Below are positions 24,865 to 37,900 of a stretch of DNA of 64,000 bases, in pieces (the first letter of the stretch is position 1; the number at the start of each line of letters is the position of its first letter). The translations under genes were made by a program, and so were the position numbers. The notes below the pieces were generated by a model that saw only the letters and a program-made list of their open reading frames with translations, had not been told where the DNA came from and made no database searches. The DNA comes from Lama guanicoe (lineage: Eukaryota): positions 2,294,001 through 2,358,000 of the forward strand of contig MU054212.1 in assembly GCA_013239625.1 (NCBI GenBank). Direction: 5' to 3'.

Positions 24865-25415
24865 CATACCCATTCTAAAAATTTAGAATATAGAGATAGA
24901 TAGAAAAACGAAGAATATTCTCACATAATTCCACCTTCCAGACATAACTATCCATAACACGTTGGGGTTCATACCTTCATTATGTACATATATATATATA
25001 TATATATAAAAATTATTGTATCAAAATGAATCATTGTCTGCACATTATTTGTCACATGCTTCTTTTTTCACTTAGTAGTATAGTTTTCCATGGATCTCTT
25101 TCCATTTCATTAATTATTATGTAAAACCCTAAAAATATTTTAATGAATGCCTATTATGTGGGATATCCAAACCACTTACTCAATTTGTCCAACTTATGAC
25201 CAGATATTTATATTGGTTTCAATTATTTGTACTTGAAACAATGCTTAAGATGAACATTTTCAGAGCTAAATCTTTGTGTACATTTATGATTATTTTCTAA
25301 TTCTATTAACTGGAATTATGAGGTCAAAGGACTCAGCCTTTTACAGTTGACTGTTTCATGTTGCCAACTTAATATTCTGAAAGCACCTACCAATCTACTC
25401 TTCTACCAGCAGTGG
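24865..25415 (-). mobile_element. LINE-1 3' end (L1ME-like)
   Basis: 'cataattccaccttccagacataactatcc...tttttcacttag...gctaaatctttgtgtacatttatgattattttc...tggaattatgaggtcaaagg' matches an antisense old L1 3' end. Confidence 0.7.
24989..25008. repeat. (TA)10 microsatellite
   Basis: Read directly from the sequence. Confidence 0.95.
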
Positions 25416-25984
25416 GCATACCTATAAATGAGGAGTCCAATAGCAGATCCCATCCCAAAACAGGACATTTTACTTCTCTGACCCCAGCTCAGATTTGTGG
25501 TAGATAGCAACCATTTCAGCAATATGATCGTAGCGCTATTTCCTTGGTTAGGTTGTGATGATAATGAATGATAATTAATGTTTTATTAACGAAAGATTTT
25601 TCTATAAACACAAATTTGGTATCTGAGGACTGCTACAATCACAAAGAAAGAAAGATTATATCATTTTATGATCTACTTTGGCAGGTACAGAATAGAAAGA
25701 TCTTTCGTACCAGGTGGCCCAAGAAACAGACCAAGAACATAAAATTGAACTCAGTGCTCAGTCACTCGTTCACTGGTTCTTTCTTTCAACATTTAGTGAC
25801 TATCCCTGTTTTCACCATACTGTATGTACTAGGTTCCTTGGAAACTCAAAACTAAGAAACTGAAGAATCTAGTTGTTATAATAGACGATTTCCCCCAAAT
25901 TTCTTCAAAAATTCAGAAGTTTCTAATAGTTATCCAAAATGGCAACTGGTCATTTTATAAAACCAAATTAGCAAAGCACATACT

Positions 25985-26705
25985 TGATTAGTTTAATCAA
26001 CTGATTTGTACACCAGTGAGCAAGTGTATAAGCAGCTCTTGGACACAGGGCACACCAAATACTATGAGACGGTCTCTGCTCTTAGTAGCTTCATATCTAA
26101 TGCAAAAGACTTGACAAGAAACACATAAAAATTTAAATACCAATCCATGGTACAGAAAGAAAAGGCCACAGAGAGATTCGGCTGAGTGAAAGGACTGATT
26201 TTGCTTGGCTGCAGTGGTCGGAAGTAGAAATGGGGCTGTGTCTTAATGGATGGTGGAATGTAGATGGTAAAGAAGGGCATACATATAGAAAATCAGCCTG
26301 AGAAAAGCCTCAGAAGCTGGGGAGCAAGGCACACTGGGGGAGAGGAAAATGAGAACCCCAGATGACCTTTGTGGAGTGGAGAGTTCGGTGTGAGGAAAAG
26401 GGGAAAAAATGCAGCAAAAGCCACTGAAGTCAGATTGTTGCACGTGACGAAAACAAGGTTAAGGATGTTGGACTCCATTCCTCCATTCTAAGGCAATGGG
26501 TACCAGAGAAGATTTTGAAGTCAGTGCAGGTGGGGACAATATTTTTAGGAAGATCAGTCTCTACAGAGAGCAAGTTGAGATGGTGGTGGAGAAGGATAGA
26601 GAATAACATCCCTCAGAGACAATGTGAAGACTGTGATAACAATCTAGGTGTGAAGTAATTAGGTGCTGGAGACCAGGTAGATATGATGAGATGGGAACAG
26701 GGAGG
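25985..26705 (-). mobile_element. L2 LINE fragment
   Basis: 'atgagacggtctctgctcttagtagcttcatatcta', 'ttaaggatgttggactccattcc...taaggcaatgggtaccagagaagattttgaag' and 'tttttaggaagatcagtct' match antisense L2. Confidence 0.7.
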
Positions 26706-27651
26706 AACTCCAAGTACCAGAACAGCTGAGTTTTAGGGGGCTGTGGAAGCTTTTGTCCCTGGTCACACTTGCTTCTTATGCTCAACTGAAAAACACAAGG
26801 GATGGCGGCAGAGTGCCTCTCTGGTCCTGCCAGCGTTTCTTCTCCTGTTTTCTTTGATTTGGGGACCATACTTACATTAGACAACTACAAAACCAAAAGT
26901 GGATTTTAGTAACCCTCGTTGGTGATATTTTCAACATAATTATTAAAAGTTACCTTACATACTAAAAAGAGGCATGAATGCATGCATTAAATATAAATTT
27001 ACACACCATTGTATTTTGGTAGTATGATTCACATTGTATATCTAACTTTGGAGGAAGTAAAGCTCTTATTAAATATCCCATGCTTAGAAAATGTTAGGAT
27101 AATTTGCAGAAAATATTTCAAAGCCTCTCTAAATGGCTCGAATTTACATGGCATTTACAACTTAAGAAAGACTACACCTTGCTGAAAAGCATGAATTGTC
27201 TACTGTCTTTTTTTAATGAGAATTTAAGAATGTTTATTAAAAAAGAAATAAATTTTCCATTTCAGCTCATTTGGCTTCATCTGCTATTAAATCCTACGTA
27301 TACCCAGGAGTTACACTGATGTACTTAAATATCGTTTCTGCATTGAGATTGCCTAATGAGGCAATTAGTGGAACTCCTCAGATAGCTGGACCAAACACTT
27401 TTCGGCAGAAGAGGTCCACTCAAACAACAATGCAAAGTGCTCACATTCCCTGCCCACTTCTATTTGACAGTGTGTCTTAGACAAGGGAAGTGGTGATTTT
27501 GGAAGGCAGACAAAACCATGCACTTTGCCCAGATGGATAAAGAAGGAACTTGAGGCCAGTGTGTATGGAAACCATGTAAAAGGCAGTGTTGAAGAAAAGA
27601 ACCTTCTTCTTTCTCTTTGAATTACTAGTTTTCTGCCTGTGCTCTAACCCA

Positions 27652-28075
27652 AAGCTTCCCAAACTTCAGTCTCTAAGAAGTACTTCTTTTTGTTCTTATT
27701 GCTCTCTATTTAATTTTTCACTTTCTTTGAATATAAATTATCGACTTTCTTAAAATTGGTTCCAAGCTTTTACTAAATTTTATTTTAAAGGAAATTAGAT
27801 ATAACTACCATAAATGGAAAATCAGAATCACTTCACACAAACAGAAGATAACAATAGATGGAAGTTCCAGGACAATAAATTATGTTATTAAGTGCTGTTG
27901 CAATACAATTTTCTGGCAAAGCCTGGGAACTGAGATCTTTTCTTTTTGTTCCAGGGGGAGATCAGAAAGGCTCGAGAGGTTTTAAAGTCATTTCAGTACC
28001 AGATGAAGACCTTCTCCTTGACTCCATCATGAGGACTGAAAATTAAAAATGAAATAGCTTCCACCCAGCATTGCT
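27652..28075. mobile_element. hAT-Charlie DNA transposon fragment (MER113-like)
   Basis: 'ttattttaaaggaaattagatataactaccataaatggaaaatcagaatcactt...gggggagatcagaaaggctcgagaggttttaaagtca...gaccttctccttgac' matches the recalled MER113 consensus. Confidence 0.7.
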
Positions 28076-28109
28076 TTATTTATTGGTTTGCTGTTTAACT
28101 GACTGATAT

Positions 28110-28316
28110 TTAATAAGCACATGCCAAGCACTCACAAGATGCCAGGCTCATTCTAGGCAACTGACAGCCATGAACTCATCCAATCTTCATAATGACCCTG
28201 TGAAGTTACTGATATCCCCAGTCTACAGAGGAGGAAAGTGAGGCACAAAGAGTTTAAGTGATTTGCCCAAGGTCACATGGTTAAAAAGTGTCAGAGCCAG
28301 TATTCAAACTCAGGCA
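28110..28316 (-). mobile_element. MIR SINE
   Basis: Clear antisense core 'ccccagtctacagaggaggaaagtgaggcacaaagagtttaagtgatttgcccaaggtcaca...agagccagtattcaaactcagg'. Confidence 0.9.
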
Positions 28317-28874
28317 TTTTCACTGTGGTTGTCTCAGCACTGGGAGTGGGACTTAGTGCTGTGAAGCCAGGTCCACATGCTAATATCACAGCATGTGCCA
28401 TGCAAAGCCATCAGCCCACACCCTTGCTCACTTTGGATGGTTAGTTTTGATGAACTTGAATGGTTACTTGAAGTTTTAATATTAACATATCAGTATTTTG
28501 AAATTACATCAATTTAATATTTACTAACACATTAGTGAATAATAGTAATATATTTTTCTCCCCGGTAGATCCTTTAAAGGAAGGAAATTTTATGTATCCC
28601 TTTGAATCAATCATTAAACCTAATAGGTGTTTTACAAATGATTTAATGATAATCATTGTACTCATATATTCAGTGTTTCCAGAAAAGTAATTATATATAT
28701 ATGAATAACATGATAAAATTTTCACACACACAAAAATGTAGTTTCAAGAGAAAATGAATGTAAACAGAGGACCGTGCCATACATGTAACAAAATGCTGCC
28801 TCTCAAATATTTTGTATGTGATTTGGTACCAAAATAAAGTAATAAATCAACAGTTATTTAGAACTAATAACATT

Positions 28875-29015
28875 GACAAGTATCATTATGTGACTTTACA
28901 AAAGAAAAAACTGAGCAACAGAAAGGGTAATTTGTCCGAGATGGTGTAATCTGTATTTGAGACTGGTACTCAAGGCTGACTGAACACAAGGACTGCGTTT
29001 CCTAAGCATGCCACC
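28875..29015 (-). mobile_element. MIR SINE fragment
   Basis: Degenerate core 'tttacaaaagaaaaaactgagcaacagaaagggtaatttgtccgagat'. Confidence 0.5.
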
Positions 29016-29077
29016 TGCACAGGTGGGGAGGGGCTAAATACAAATTTATCTATAAGAAAATCTTACTGTAGCACTAT

Positions 29078-32000
29078 GTATTGTGGTGAAAAACACATAA
29101 CAAGATACCTACCTTCAACAAAATTTTAGCTGCACAATACACTGTTATTAACTATAAGCACAATGTCATCTCTAGAACTTTTTCCATCTTGCACGACTGA
29201 AACTTAATACCTATTAAACAACAGCTCCCTATTGCCCCCTTCCTCCACCTCCTGGCAACCACAATTTTACCTTCTGACTCTATGAATTCAACTACCTTAT
29301 GTATGTAGAGTCATGCAATTCTTTTGGATAAATATCCTGAAATGGGATTGATGGATCACACGGTAGTCTTATTTTTAATTTTTTGGGGAAACTCCATACT
29401 GACTTCCATAATTACTGTACCAACTTACATTCCCATCAACAGTGAACATGGGTTCTCTTTTCTCCACCATCCTAGCCAACACTCGTTTCACATTGATCCT
29501 CATATTTTGAACCATCCTTGCATCCTAGGGATAAATCCTCCTTGGTCACGATGGATAATTCTCTGAAGGTGATGTTGAACTCAGTTTGTTAGTAGTTTGC
29601 TGAGGGTTTTTGCATCTATATTCATTAGGGATATTGGCCCGTAACTTTCTCTTTTCTTCTAGTGTGTTTGGCCTTGGTATCAGGATAATGCTGGCCTCAT
29701 AAAATGAGTCTGGAAGCGTTCCCTCCTCTTTAATATTTTGGAAGAGTTTGAGAAGGATTGGCATTAATTCTTTCAATGTTTGGTAGAATTGGTAAAATCA
29801 TCTGGTCCTGAACTTTTCTTTGTTGGAAGGTTTTTAAATACGGATTCAATCACTTTACTCATTTTAGGTCTGTTCAGACTTCCTATTTCTTCATGATTCA
29901 GTCTTGGTAGATTACATGTTTCCAGGAATTTATTTCTTCTTGGTCACCCATTTTATTGGTGTATAATTGATCATAGCAGTCTCTTGTGATCTTTTAAATT
30001 TCTGTGCCATAAGTTATAATTTCTTCTTTTTCTTTTCTGTTGAGTCTTCTCTTTTTTCCTTAATTAGTTTAGCTAAAGGTTTGTCAATCTTCTGATCTTA
30101 AAAACAAAAACAAAAAAAAAAACAAAAACAAAAAATCCTGAGCTTTGTTGATTTTTTTTCCTGTTATTTTTCTATTCTCATTTATTTCTGCTCTAATGTT
30201 AATCATTTCCTTCTGTTAAATTTGGACTTAGATTATTCTCTTCCTAATGATATACTGTTAAGTTGTTTATTTGAGCTGTTCTTCTTTAATGTAGGCATTG
30301 ATCATTATAAATTTCCCTCTTAGAACTCCTTTTGCTGCATCCCATAAGTTATGGTATATTTTATTTTTATTTTTTAAATTGAAGTAATTGGTTTACAATG
30401 TTGTGTTAGTTTTAACTATACAGCAAAGTGACTCAGTTATATACATATATTCTTTTCCAGTGTATTTTCACTTTCATTCGTCTCAAGATATTTTATCATT
30501 TTTCCTTTTGGTTTTTTTTTTTTTGAGCTTTTAGTTGTTCAAGAGCTTAATTTCTACATGTTTGAGATTTTTTCAGTTTTCCTTCTATTAATGTCTAGCT
30601 TCATTTCATTGTGGTTGGGAAGTATACTTGGTATGATTTTAATCTTCTTAAATTTGTCAAGACTTGTTCAAGACTTCTGTCTCTTTATTGATTTTTCTGT
30701 CTGGATATTCTATCCATCATTGCAAGTGGAACATTCAAATCCCCTACACCATTATACTGCTGTCTATTTCTCCCTTCAGTTCTTCATAAATGTGGGCACT
30801 CTGGTGTAGGATGCAAGTATATTTGTAATTATTATATCTTCCTTTTATCCTTAAAGTTCTTCCTTTGTCTTTTTTTGACAGTTTTTGACTTAAAGTCTAT
30901 TTTGTCTGATATGAGTATGGGCACCGTCTGCTCTCTTTTGGTTATCATTTACATGGAATACCTTTTTCCGATGCATTCACTTTCAGTCTATGTATGTCTT
31001 TAAAGCTAAAGTGAGCCTCTTGTTGACAGCATACCGTTGGATCATATTTTGTCCATTCAGCTATTTTGTCTTTTGATGGCAAGTTATTCCATTTACATTA
31101 AAAGTAATTGTTGCCAGCGTAGGACTTACTTTGCCATTTTGTTACTTGTTTTCTGTCTGCCATAGCTTTTTTGTTACTCTTCCTCTCTTGCTGTCTTCCT
31201 TCCGGCTTTGTTGACTTTTTGTGGTGACTTGCTTTGATTCCTTTCTCATTTTCTTTTGTATATTTTCTATAAGTATTTTCTTTGTAGTTACCATGAAACA
31301 TCTTACAGTAATAACTATTTTAAGCTGATAACAAATTGACTTCAAATGAGTACAAATGCTCTACACTTTTACTTCTACACACACACTCATGTTACTGATG
31401 TCAAGAATTACTTCTTTTTATGTTGGCATCCATTAATGTTTTTATAGTTAGAGTCATTTTTCATAGTTTCATCTTTCAACTTCTGTATAAGAATTAAAAG
31501 TGGTTTACACACCACTGATACGGTATTACGATATTCTGTAATTGTCTATATATTTACATTTACCAGCAAGAAACTTTCATATGCTTTTGTGCTGCTATTC
31601 AGTGCCCTTTCACTTTAACTTGAGGGGTTTCCTTTATCATTTTCTGTAAGGCAGGTCTGATGGTGATGAACCCCCTCAGCTTTTGTTTATTCAGAAAATT
31701 TTTATTTCTCTTTCATTTTTGAAGGTTAGTTTTGCCAATCACAATATTCTTGGTTTGTAGGTATTTTTCTCTCAGTACTTTGAATATATCATCACACTCC
31801 CTTCTGGTATGCAAATCTTCTGATGAGAAGTCTGCAGATAGTCTTATGTTGATTCTCCTTCTGTGTGACAAATGCTTTACTCTTAAGTGCCTTCAAAATT
31901 CTTTCACTTTTGACAATTTGATTATAACATGTCTCAGTGTAAATTTCTTTGGGTATATCTTAGTAGTAGCCCTTTAAGTTTCTTCAATGTGAATGTCCAT

Positions 32001-33205
32001 TTCCTTCCCAGATTTTGGGACATTTCAGCCACTATTTCTTTAAATGAGCATTCTGGTCCCTTTCTTTCTTCTCCTTCTAGGATGCCCATAATGTATATAC
32101 TGGTCCTTCTGACAGTGTCCCCTAAGTCCTTTAGGCTTTCTTCATTCCTTATCATTCTTTTTTTTTTTTCTTTTTATTCCTCTGACTGGACAATGTCAAA
32201 TGATGTGTCTTTGAGTTTGCTGATTCTTTCTTCTGCTTGATCAAGTCTGCTGCTGAACCCCTCTCGTGAATGTTTCACATGAGTTAGTGTATTCTTAAGC
32301 TCCAAAATTTTGTTTTGTTCTTTTTGATACTATTTCTTTGTTAACATTATTATTTTGTTCATGCATTGTTTTCTTGAGCTCGTAGAGCATTTTTATTTTT
32401 AATTCTTTGTCAGGTAATTCATATATGTTCATTTCTTTAGGACAAGGACTAGAGATGGAGTTTATTCCTTTTGGGGGTCATGTTTCCCTGTTTCTTCATG
32501 TGTCTCATAACTTTGTGTGGGTATCTGTGCATTTGGAAAAACAGCCACTTTTCCCAGACTTTATGGGAAGACCCTCACCAGTCAACCTGACTAGAGTGTC
32601 TGGGGGCCTCTGAATTTTTTTTTTTTTTTTGGATGGGGAGTGTGATGCATATTCTCTGGGCTTTTGCCTACAATTTCTCAATTAGTGAGGCCTGCCAATT
32701 TCATACTCATGACCTAATCTCTTACTCCCTCTGGTGTCTATCTGTGGCACTGCAAATTATCTGGTTCTACAGCAGTGAGCTGCCCCGCTCTCCCTGTTCT
32801 TGGCAGCCACCAGGCATCCAAAGAATGACAACTCCATGTCAACACCCAAGTCAGGTGAGACACATACCAGTCCCTGAGGTAGCCCTCTGAAGATCTGGAA
32901 CACTGAACACAACTTCCACTCTTCTCTTTCACCCTGAGGAAGAAGTCAGGAGATGGCAAGTTCTCTTCTGGCACTGAGCTGTGCTGGCTTGGCGGAGAGG
33001 CTGACATGAGTAAAGTGAAGTTGTTCTTCTTGCTGTTTCAGTGTAGCTATTCTTAGCTCAGTAATCACCTGGGGTACTGTAACCTCCTAACTGGATTCTA
33101 GAAATCTCATTAATACATTTTGGCTCTTATATAGTTTTTAAGTTGGTGTTTCTGTGGGGGACTGAGTGCTGGGACTTCCTATTCTACAATCTCCTGACAT
33201 CATTC

Positions 33206-33206
<1 letters not shown>
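29078..33206 (-). mobile_element. LINE-1 (L1MA10/L1MB-like) spanning 5' UTR to 3' UTR with large internal deletions
   Basis: ORF1 remnant at 31934-32155 ('NEESLKDLGDTVRRTSIYIMGILEGEERKG') and ORF2 remnant at 29546-29776 ('[35 protein letters not shown]'). The 5' start on the minus strand reads 'gaatgatgtcaggagattgtagaataggaagtccc'. The 3' UTR is at about 29080-29300. Confidence 0.95.
30363..30459 (-). mobile_element. Younger cetartiodactyl-type L1 3' terminus nested in the older L1
   Basis: A T-rich tail followed by 'aattgaagtaattggtttacaatgttgtgttag...tacagcaaagtgactcagttatatacatatattcttttcc'. TSD gtatatttt (30354-30362) / gtgtatttt (30460-30468). It interrupts the host ORF2. Confidence 0.85.

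Positions 33207-33240
<34 letters not shown>
33207..33240. repeat. (TG)17 microsatellite
   Basis: Read directly from the sequence, immediately after the L1 5' end. Confidence 0.97.
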
Positions 33241-33244
<4 letters not shown>

Positions 33245-33337
33245 TGTGTTTGGCATGTATGTGTGTAGTACCTTGGCTGGAATTATTTAAAAATAGTGTG
33301 TCGCAATACCGCTAAGACAGTATTCTGACCTATAGAA

Positions 33338-34060
33338 AATTTACCATATGACCCAGCAATACACTCCTGGATATTTATCTTAGATAAATTAAAATGTGTA
33401 CTTATGCAAAAACCTGTACACAGATATTCATAGTGGTTTTATTTGTAATAGAAAAAAGTAGGAATGAGTAAATTGTCCTTTAGTGAGTCAATGGATAAAC
33501 AAAGCATTACGCATCCATACAATGGAACACTAACCAAAATATAGAGGAATAGACTATTGCTATATGTAACCACTTAGATGTATCTCAAGGCAGTTATGCT
33601 AATTTTAAAAAATCTAATTTCAAGGGGTGGCATATTGTATGATTCCATTTATATAACAATCTCAAAGAGGCAAAGCCATGATGATGCAGAAGATATTAGC
33701 GGTTGCTGGAGCTGAAACTGGAAGAAGAGTGTGACTACTAAGAGGTAACACAAAGGAATTTCTTTGTGCTGATGGAACAGTTCTATATCTTGATTGTGAT
33801 GTTGGTAACTTGAATCTACACACGTGACAAAATTTCATAGAAATACGCATTTAACAAAGAGTTCTTGTGAAATCTGAATAACTCAGGTCTATACATGAGT
33901 TAATAATATTGTACTGATGACAATTTACATGTTTTGACAATGTACTATTGTTATATAAGCTATTACCATCGGGGGAATCTGGGCAAAGTGCACATGGGAA
34001 GTCTCTATACTATTTTTATAATTTCTTGTGGGTCTTTATTTCAAACTAAAAAGTTATTAA
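33338..34060 (+). mobile_element. LINE-1 3' end (L1MD/L1MC-class)
   Basis: 'ttaccatatgacccagcaatacactcctgg', 'tgtatgattccatttatataaca', 'gaatctacacacgtgacaaaatttcatagaa' and 'ttaccatcgggggaatctggg'. Confidence 0.9.
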
Positions 34061-34164
34061 ACACAAAAATGCACACACAAAAACGGAGGTGTCCCTTCCT
34101 TGTTGTAATGACTCCACTTTGCCAACAGAATTAAGCCACACTACTTAACATAATATTCACACTC

Positions 34165-34930
34165 TTCAAAATGAGGTCCAAACCAGTATTTTCTGTCCTG
34201 TCTTCTACAATTTCCCTTCCACTCCACTCACATACCAAAGATGGTTCTTTCCCAAATATTCTGTATTTTTCATGTACTCATGTCATTGCACAGATTATTC
34301 GTTCCCTTCTGCTTCTCTTCACAAACCCCTATCCATCCTTCACATATACAGAGGAGAATCCTCCTCCTCTCCCCACTTTCCTGCATCTTCCCATAGAGAA
34401 GGAAAATGCCCATGACACTCCAGCAGACGTCTTTGCGATGCATGCACCTTTCTCGTCATTCCTGACTATCTCCTCCTCAGAAACAGAAGGGGTGGCAACA
34501 GCTGATCTGACTGTGGTGAGTCTCGTGTCCTCTGGACCTCTCTTTGTTAGTGGATGAGGTTATTCTGTCTCAAATGAAACCTCTTTTGATGTCCCTCAAA
34601 ACAGAAACATCCCTCTTTTCTTTCTCTTCTTTCCCTTCTTGCATACTTTGTATTAAGAGGAACTTTCACACCACTTGGCTAAATTTTTGTGTGCAAACCT
34701 TACCAGCCAGAACACTAGAAAGAGGGATGAGTGGTGGCATCTGGTTAACAAACCAGACCTTAAAACTCTAATAGAAACCAATCCAAGTGCCCTCTTTTCT
34801 GTGATGCCTCCCAAACTTTCCAGGCACTCAGCCACCCTGTTCTTCATGTCCCCAGAGCACTTCCATTACAGCACATGGTGTAGCAATGTGTAGCATGTGC
34901 TGTGCAACAATGTTTTTGGCTGAACTATGA
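34165..34930 (+). mobile_element. Degraded L2 3' fragments
   Basis: Patches such as 'catgtcattgcacagattattcgttcc', 'tctgtgatgcctcccaaactttccaggc' and a tail-like 'aacaatgtttttggctgaac'. Discontinuous. Confidence 0.4.
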
Positions 34931-37900
34931 ACTCATCTGGATCCTGGGTTTCTTTCAGCTTTGTATTTAGAGCGAATGAAAAAGAGTATGGCGTAGAGAA
35001 ATCTAAATAGACATCCATCTAATTATCTGAAGAGCAAACACAGGGCATCATAAAGAGCCATTGGGCCAAGAATTTACTTGCTGCAAAATTACCTCCAAGA
35101 CAGTCTGCACATGCAAGAAGGAAGGAGAAAAGAACTCCTGAGGGTGTCCAAGATGTTAGGTTTATCTTACAGGAGCAGAACTCAGTATTAATCAAACATG
35201 AAGATAGGAGGGAAAAAAGGAGGGAAAAGGTTCTATAGCAGATGGCTGGTGAAAATCGCCAGGGGTAGTTGAATTGGCCCTCAAAGCGCTAGCATTTTTG
35301 CCTGAAAATTTCCTTCCCTGAGTACGCAGAAGACGGTTTTCAGCTCCATTTTTCAGCAAGGTCTTTATTTTCTCTCAACAACCATCTGTATTTGTGTCCA
35401 GGATACTCTTCTTCATTGTGTTCTACAGTTTTGCCCTGCCCACTACACATTTATGCACGCAAAACTATGAAGCTATAGATAAGGCACCAAAGTTGCAGAG
35501 AGTGAATTCAAGTCCAGCTGCTTCTGTTTGCACCATCAGCAAACAGATCTGCATTCAGTAGGCAGACAAATGCATTCATTTTCCAATATGCCACTAAGAT
35601 TTCTTTGGAATCAAGCAGTTCCTCTGTTAAAGGTTTTTTTTTTTCCTAGAAACACTCTAGCCAGCTAACATTGAATTTATGGCTTTGCAGAATTCCCTGA
35701 GAAGAGGTGAAGTGAAAAATCGTACCCATGTTGTCAACAAATTCCAAGAATAACGTTCCTGTCTATCCATCCATACAGGGAAGTTTACATGCCATAAACA
35801 TATGGATGAAAACAGTAATTCACTAGCATCACAAGAATTTTTTTTAAGTGTGGGAAAAATACAATAAATTTCAAAACCTACTAAAAGAAAGTAGGATAGA
35901 ATTTGTCCCATAATTTTGCATGTTATTCCTCACTCATTGTAAAATAATATTTGGAACAACTGATTTAAAATACACATTGTCTTATTTGGGCCCTTCATAA
36001 TCAATGCGAATTGAGCTCAGCAGAGTAAAAATAAAATTTTAAATAGTAACTAAAAAAATTAAAAAATAAAAAGTACATTCTCTAGGCTTGTACTCAGGCA
36101 AAAACTGTTAATCTCGTAAGAAGACAGTAAAATTTTATCAATGTATTCATTTTAGGAAAAGGAACATACGTATAAATTTCGGTATTTTCTCTTACACCCA
36201 AGCCTGTTTACTTTTCTCACACTAAGTGCTTATCCTTATGCATGCCTTTATACACAAATTTTTCAAGGAAAGATTTTTTTAAGGAGAAAGCTTTCAGCTA
36301 ACTTCTTTACCTTTTAGCCAGTACTTGTGTGTGGCAAGAAATTACAACTGGAGAGATCATCACATGATCAGGTATTATCTCCTCTAACTGAGCCTTCTCA
36401 CATAATATTCACCCCTGAAGAATCTTGTTCTAAGACTCTCACAGATTTTCATTCTAATAATTTTCTGTGCCTGCACACTTGCAAAATCGAACTTCAGTCA
36501 AAATTGTTCTGGAAAATGTAATCCAAAGATTGGCAAACTCCTTAAAAATTAATCATGCTCTCTTTATGTTTAAAAAAAACAAAATCCTTCTATTGTTCCT
36601 AAATCAGAACTATTAAAATAGTGAGCAGCCAATAAATACCATTTGTGGTTAATAACTATATGCATATTCAATGACCCCTGCTGTGCTGAGCGCTGAAAGG
36701 TAGGTGTAGCAATTATTTTTTGACCCCACTCCAGAGAGGAGAAACTGAAGAGGAGGACCATTTATTGAAGTTATCATCTTAAAAGTCTTCGATAGCTTCT
36801 AGGATGAGATGGGGGACTCACGATTCCCCAGACACACCATACCCCAGTCTTTCTTGCTCCTATGCTGGCTGGGGAGGTAACAGCTATTTAGCATTATTAA
36901 GTAAAATAATAATAATGCACTTTATTTACAAGGCATTTATCCTCTATTGGCATGCGAGGTGTCTGCCTGGAAGCACAGCAGTGAAACAATTAAACTTTTT
37001 GAGCTGTCTAATGTCATCCCCATGTGGATGGTGGTGTATTGTAAGACCTCGCTCAGGGTTCTTTGTATAAGACTTGCATTTTCACTATAACTACTGTTGA
37101 TTCTTTGTGTATCTCTAATTTCTTTCCATAACATCAATAAAAGAGAATATTGAGGGGAAGAAAGGTCTCTTCCAAACAGGGAGTCTGACTCTCGGCTGTG
37201 ATTTGCTTGGCAATCGGAGATTTTGTGTACAGTCTCTTACAGCAAAAGGTGAGAAATGCAGAAGCAATGGCTTTTAAAAAAACACAGATAGCAGCAGGAA
37301 GCCCTCTCTGCCCAATTACAAGGTGATCCCAGTTCATTTTTACGGTTTGTTTCTTTCTTTTTTTTTTTTATCACATATGTTTCCAAACAGTCTCAATGTC
37401 CTGTGGGGCTGCTTTTGTAAAAAGCCATAGCTTCTGATTTAAGGAGCTTCAAAAATAGCTCTCTGCTTCTTCAGTCTGAAAGAGAGCAGTCAAGTAACAG
37501 CACATTTATTCTCTTTGAAAAATAGAAAGATGTCAAAAGCAAAGTTCACAGCAAAATTAGGCTGATTTGTTTTGTGCTTCTGTGATTCTGGCTGTGGAAG
37601 TAAACAGGAAAAAAAAAAAGAAGACCACAGTGGTTTGTTTAATAAGCAAAAACCGCTATTAAAATGAATTTTGTGCTCAAAAACTTATCTTGGCAGGAAG
37701 AATCATCAATTGTACAAGCTTTGGGGGTGGCGGTGGGGGTGCAGGGTGTGGAAAGCAAAGCTTGATTGCCACAGTCAGACATTTCCCCCCTAGTCAGCAT
37801 ACAATTCAGGCATCGCATTCAGAAAAAGGACAACCTCATTACTTTGATACAAGTGATCAGTGGTTCTCAGAGATTCTCTGTGTTGGTTGTGACAGACACA

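Noticed and set aside
29546..32155. L1 ORF1/ORF2-like peptides as host genes or an active element
   Set aside because: Fragmented by stops, frameshifts and deletions. Reported as a dead mobile element.
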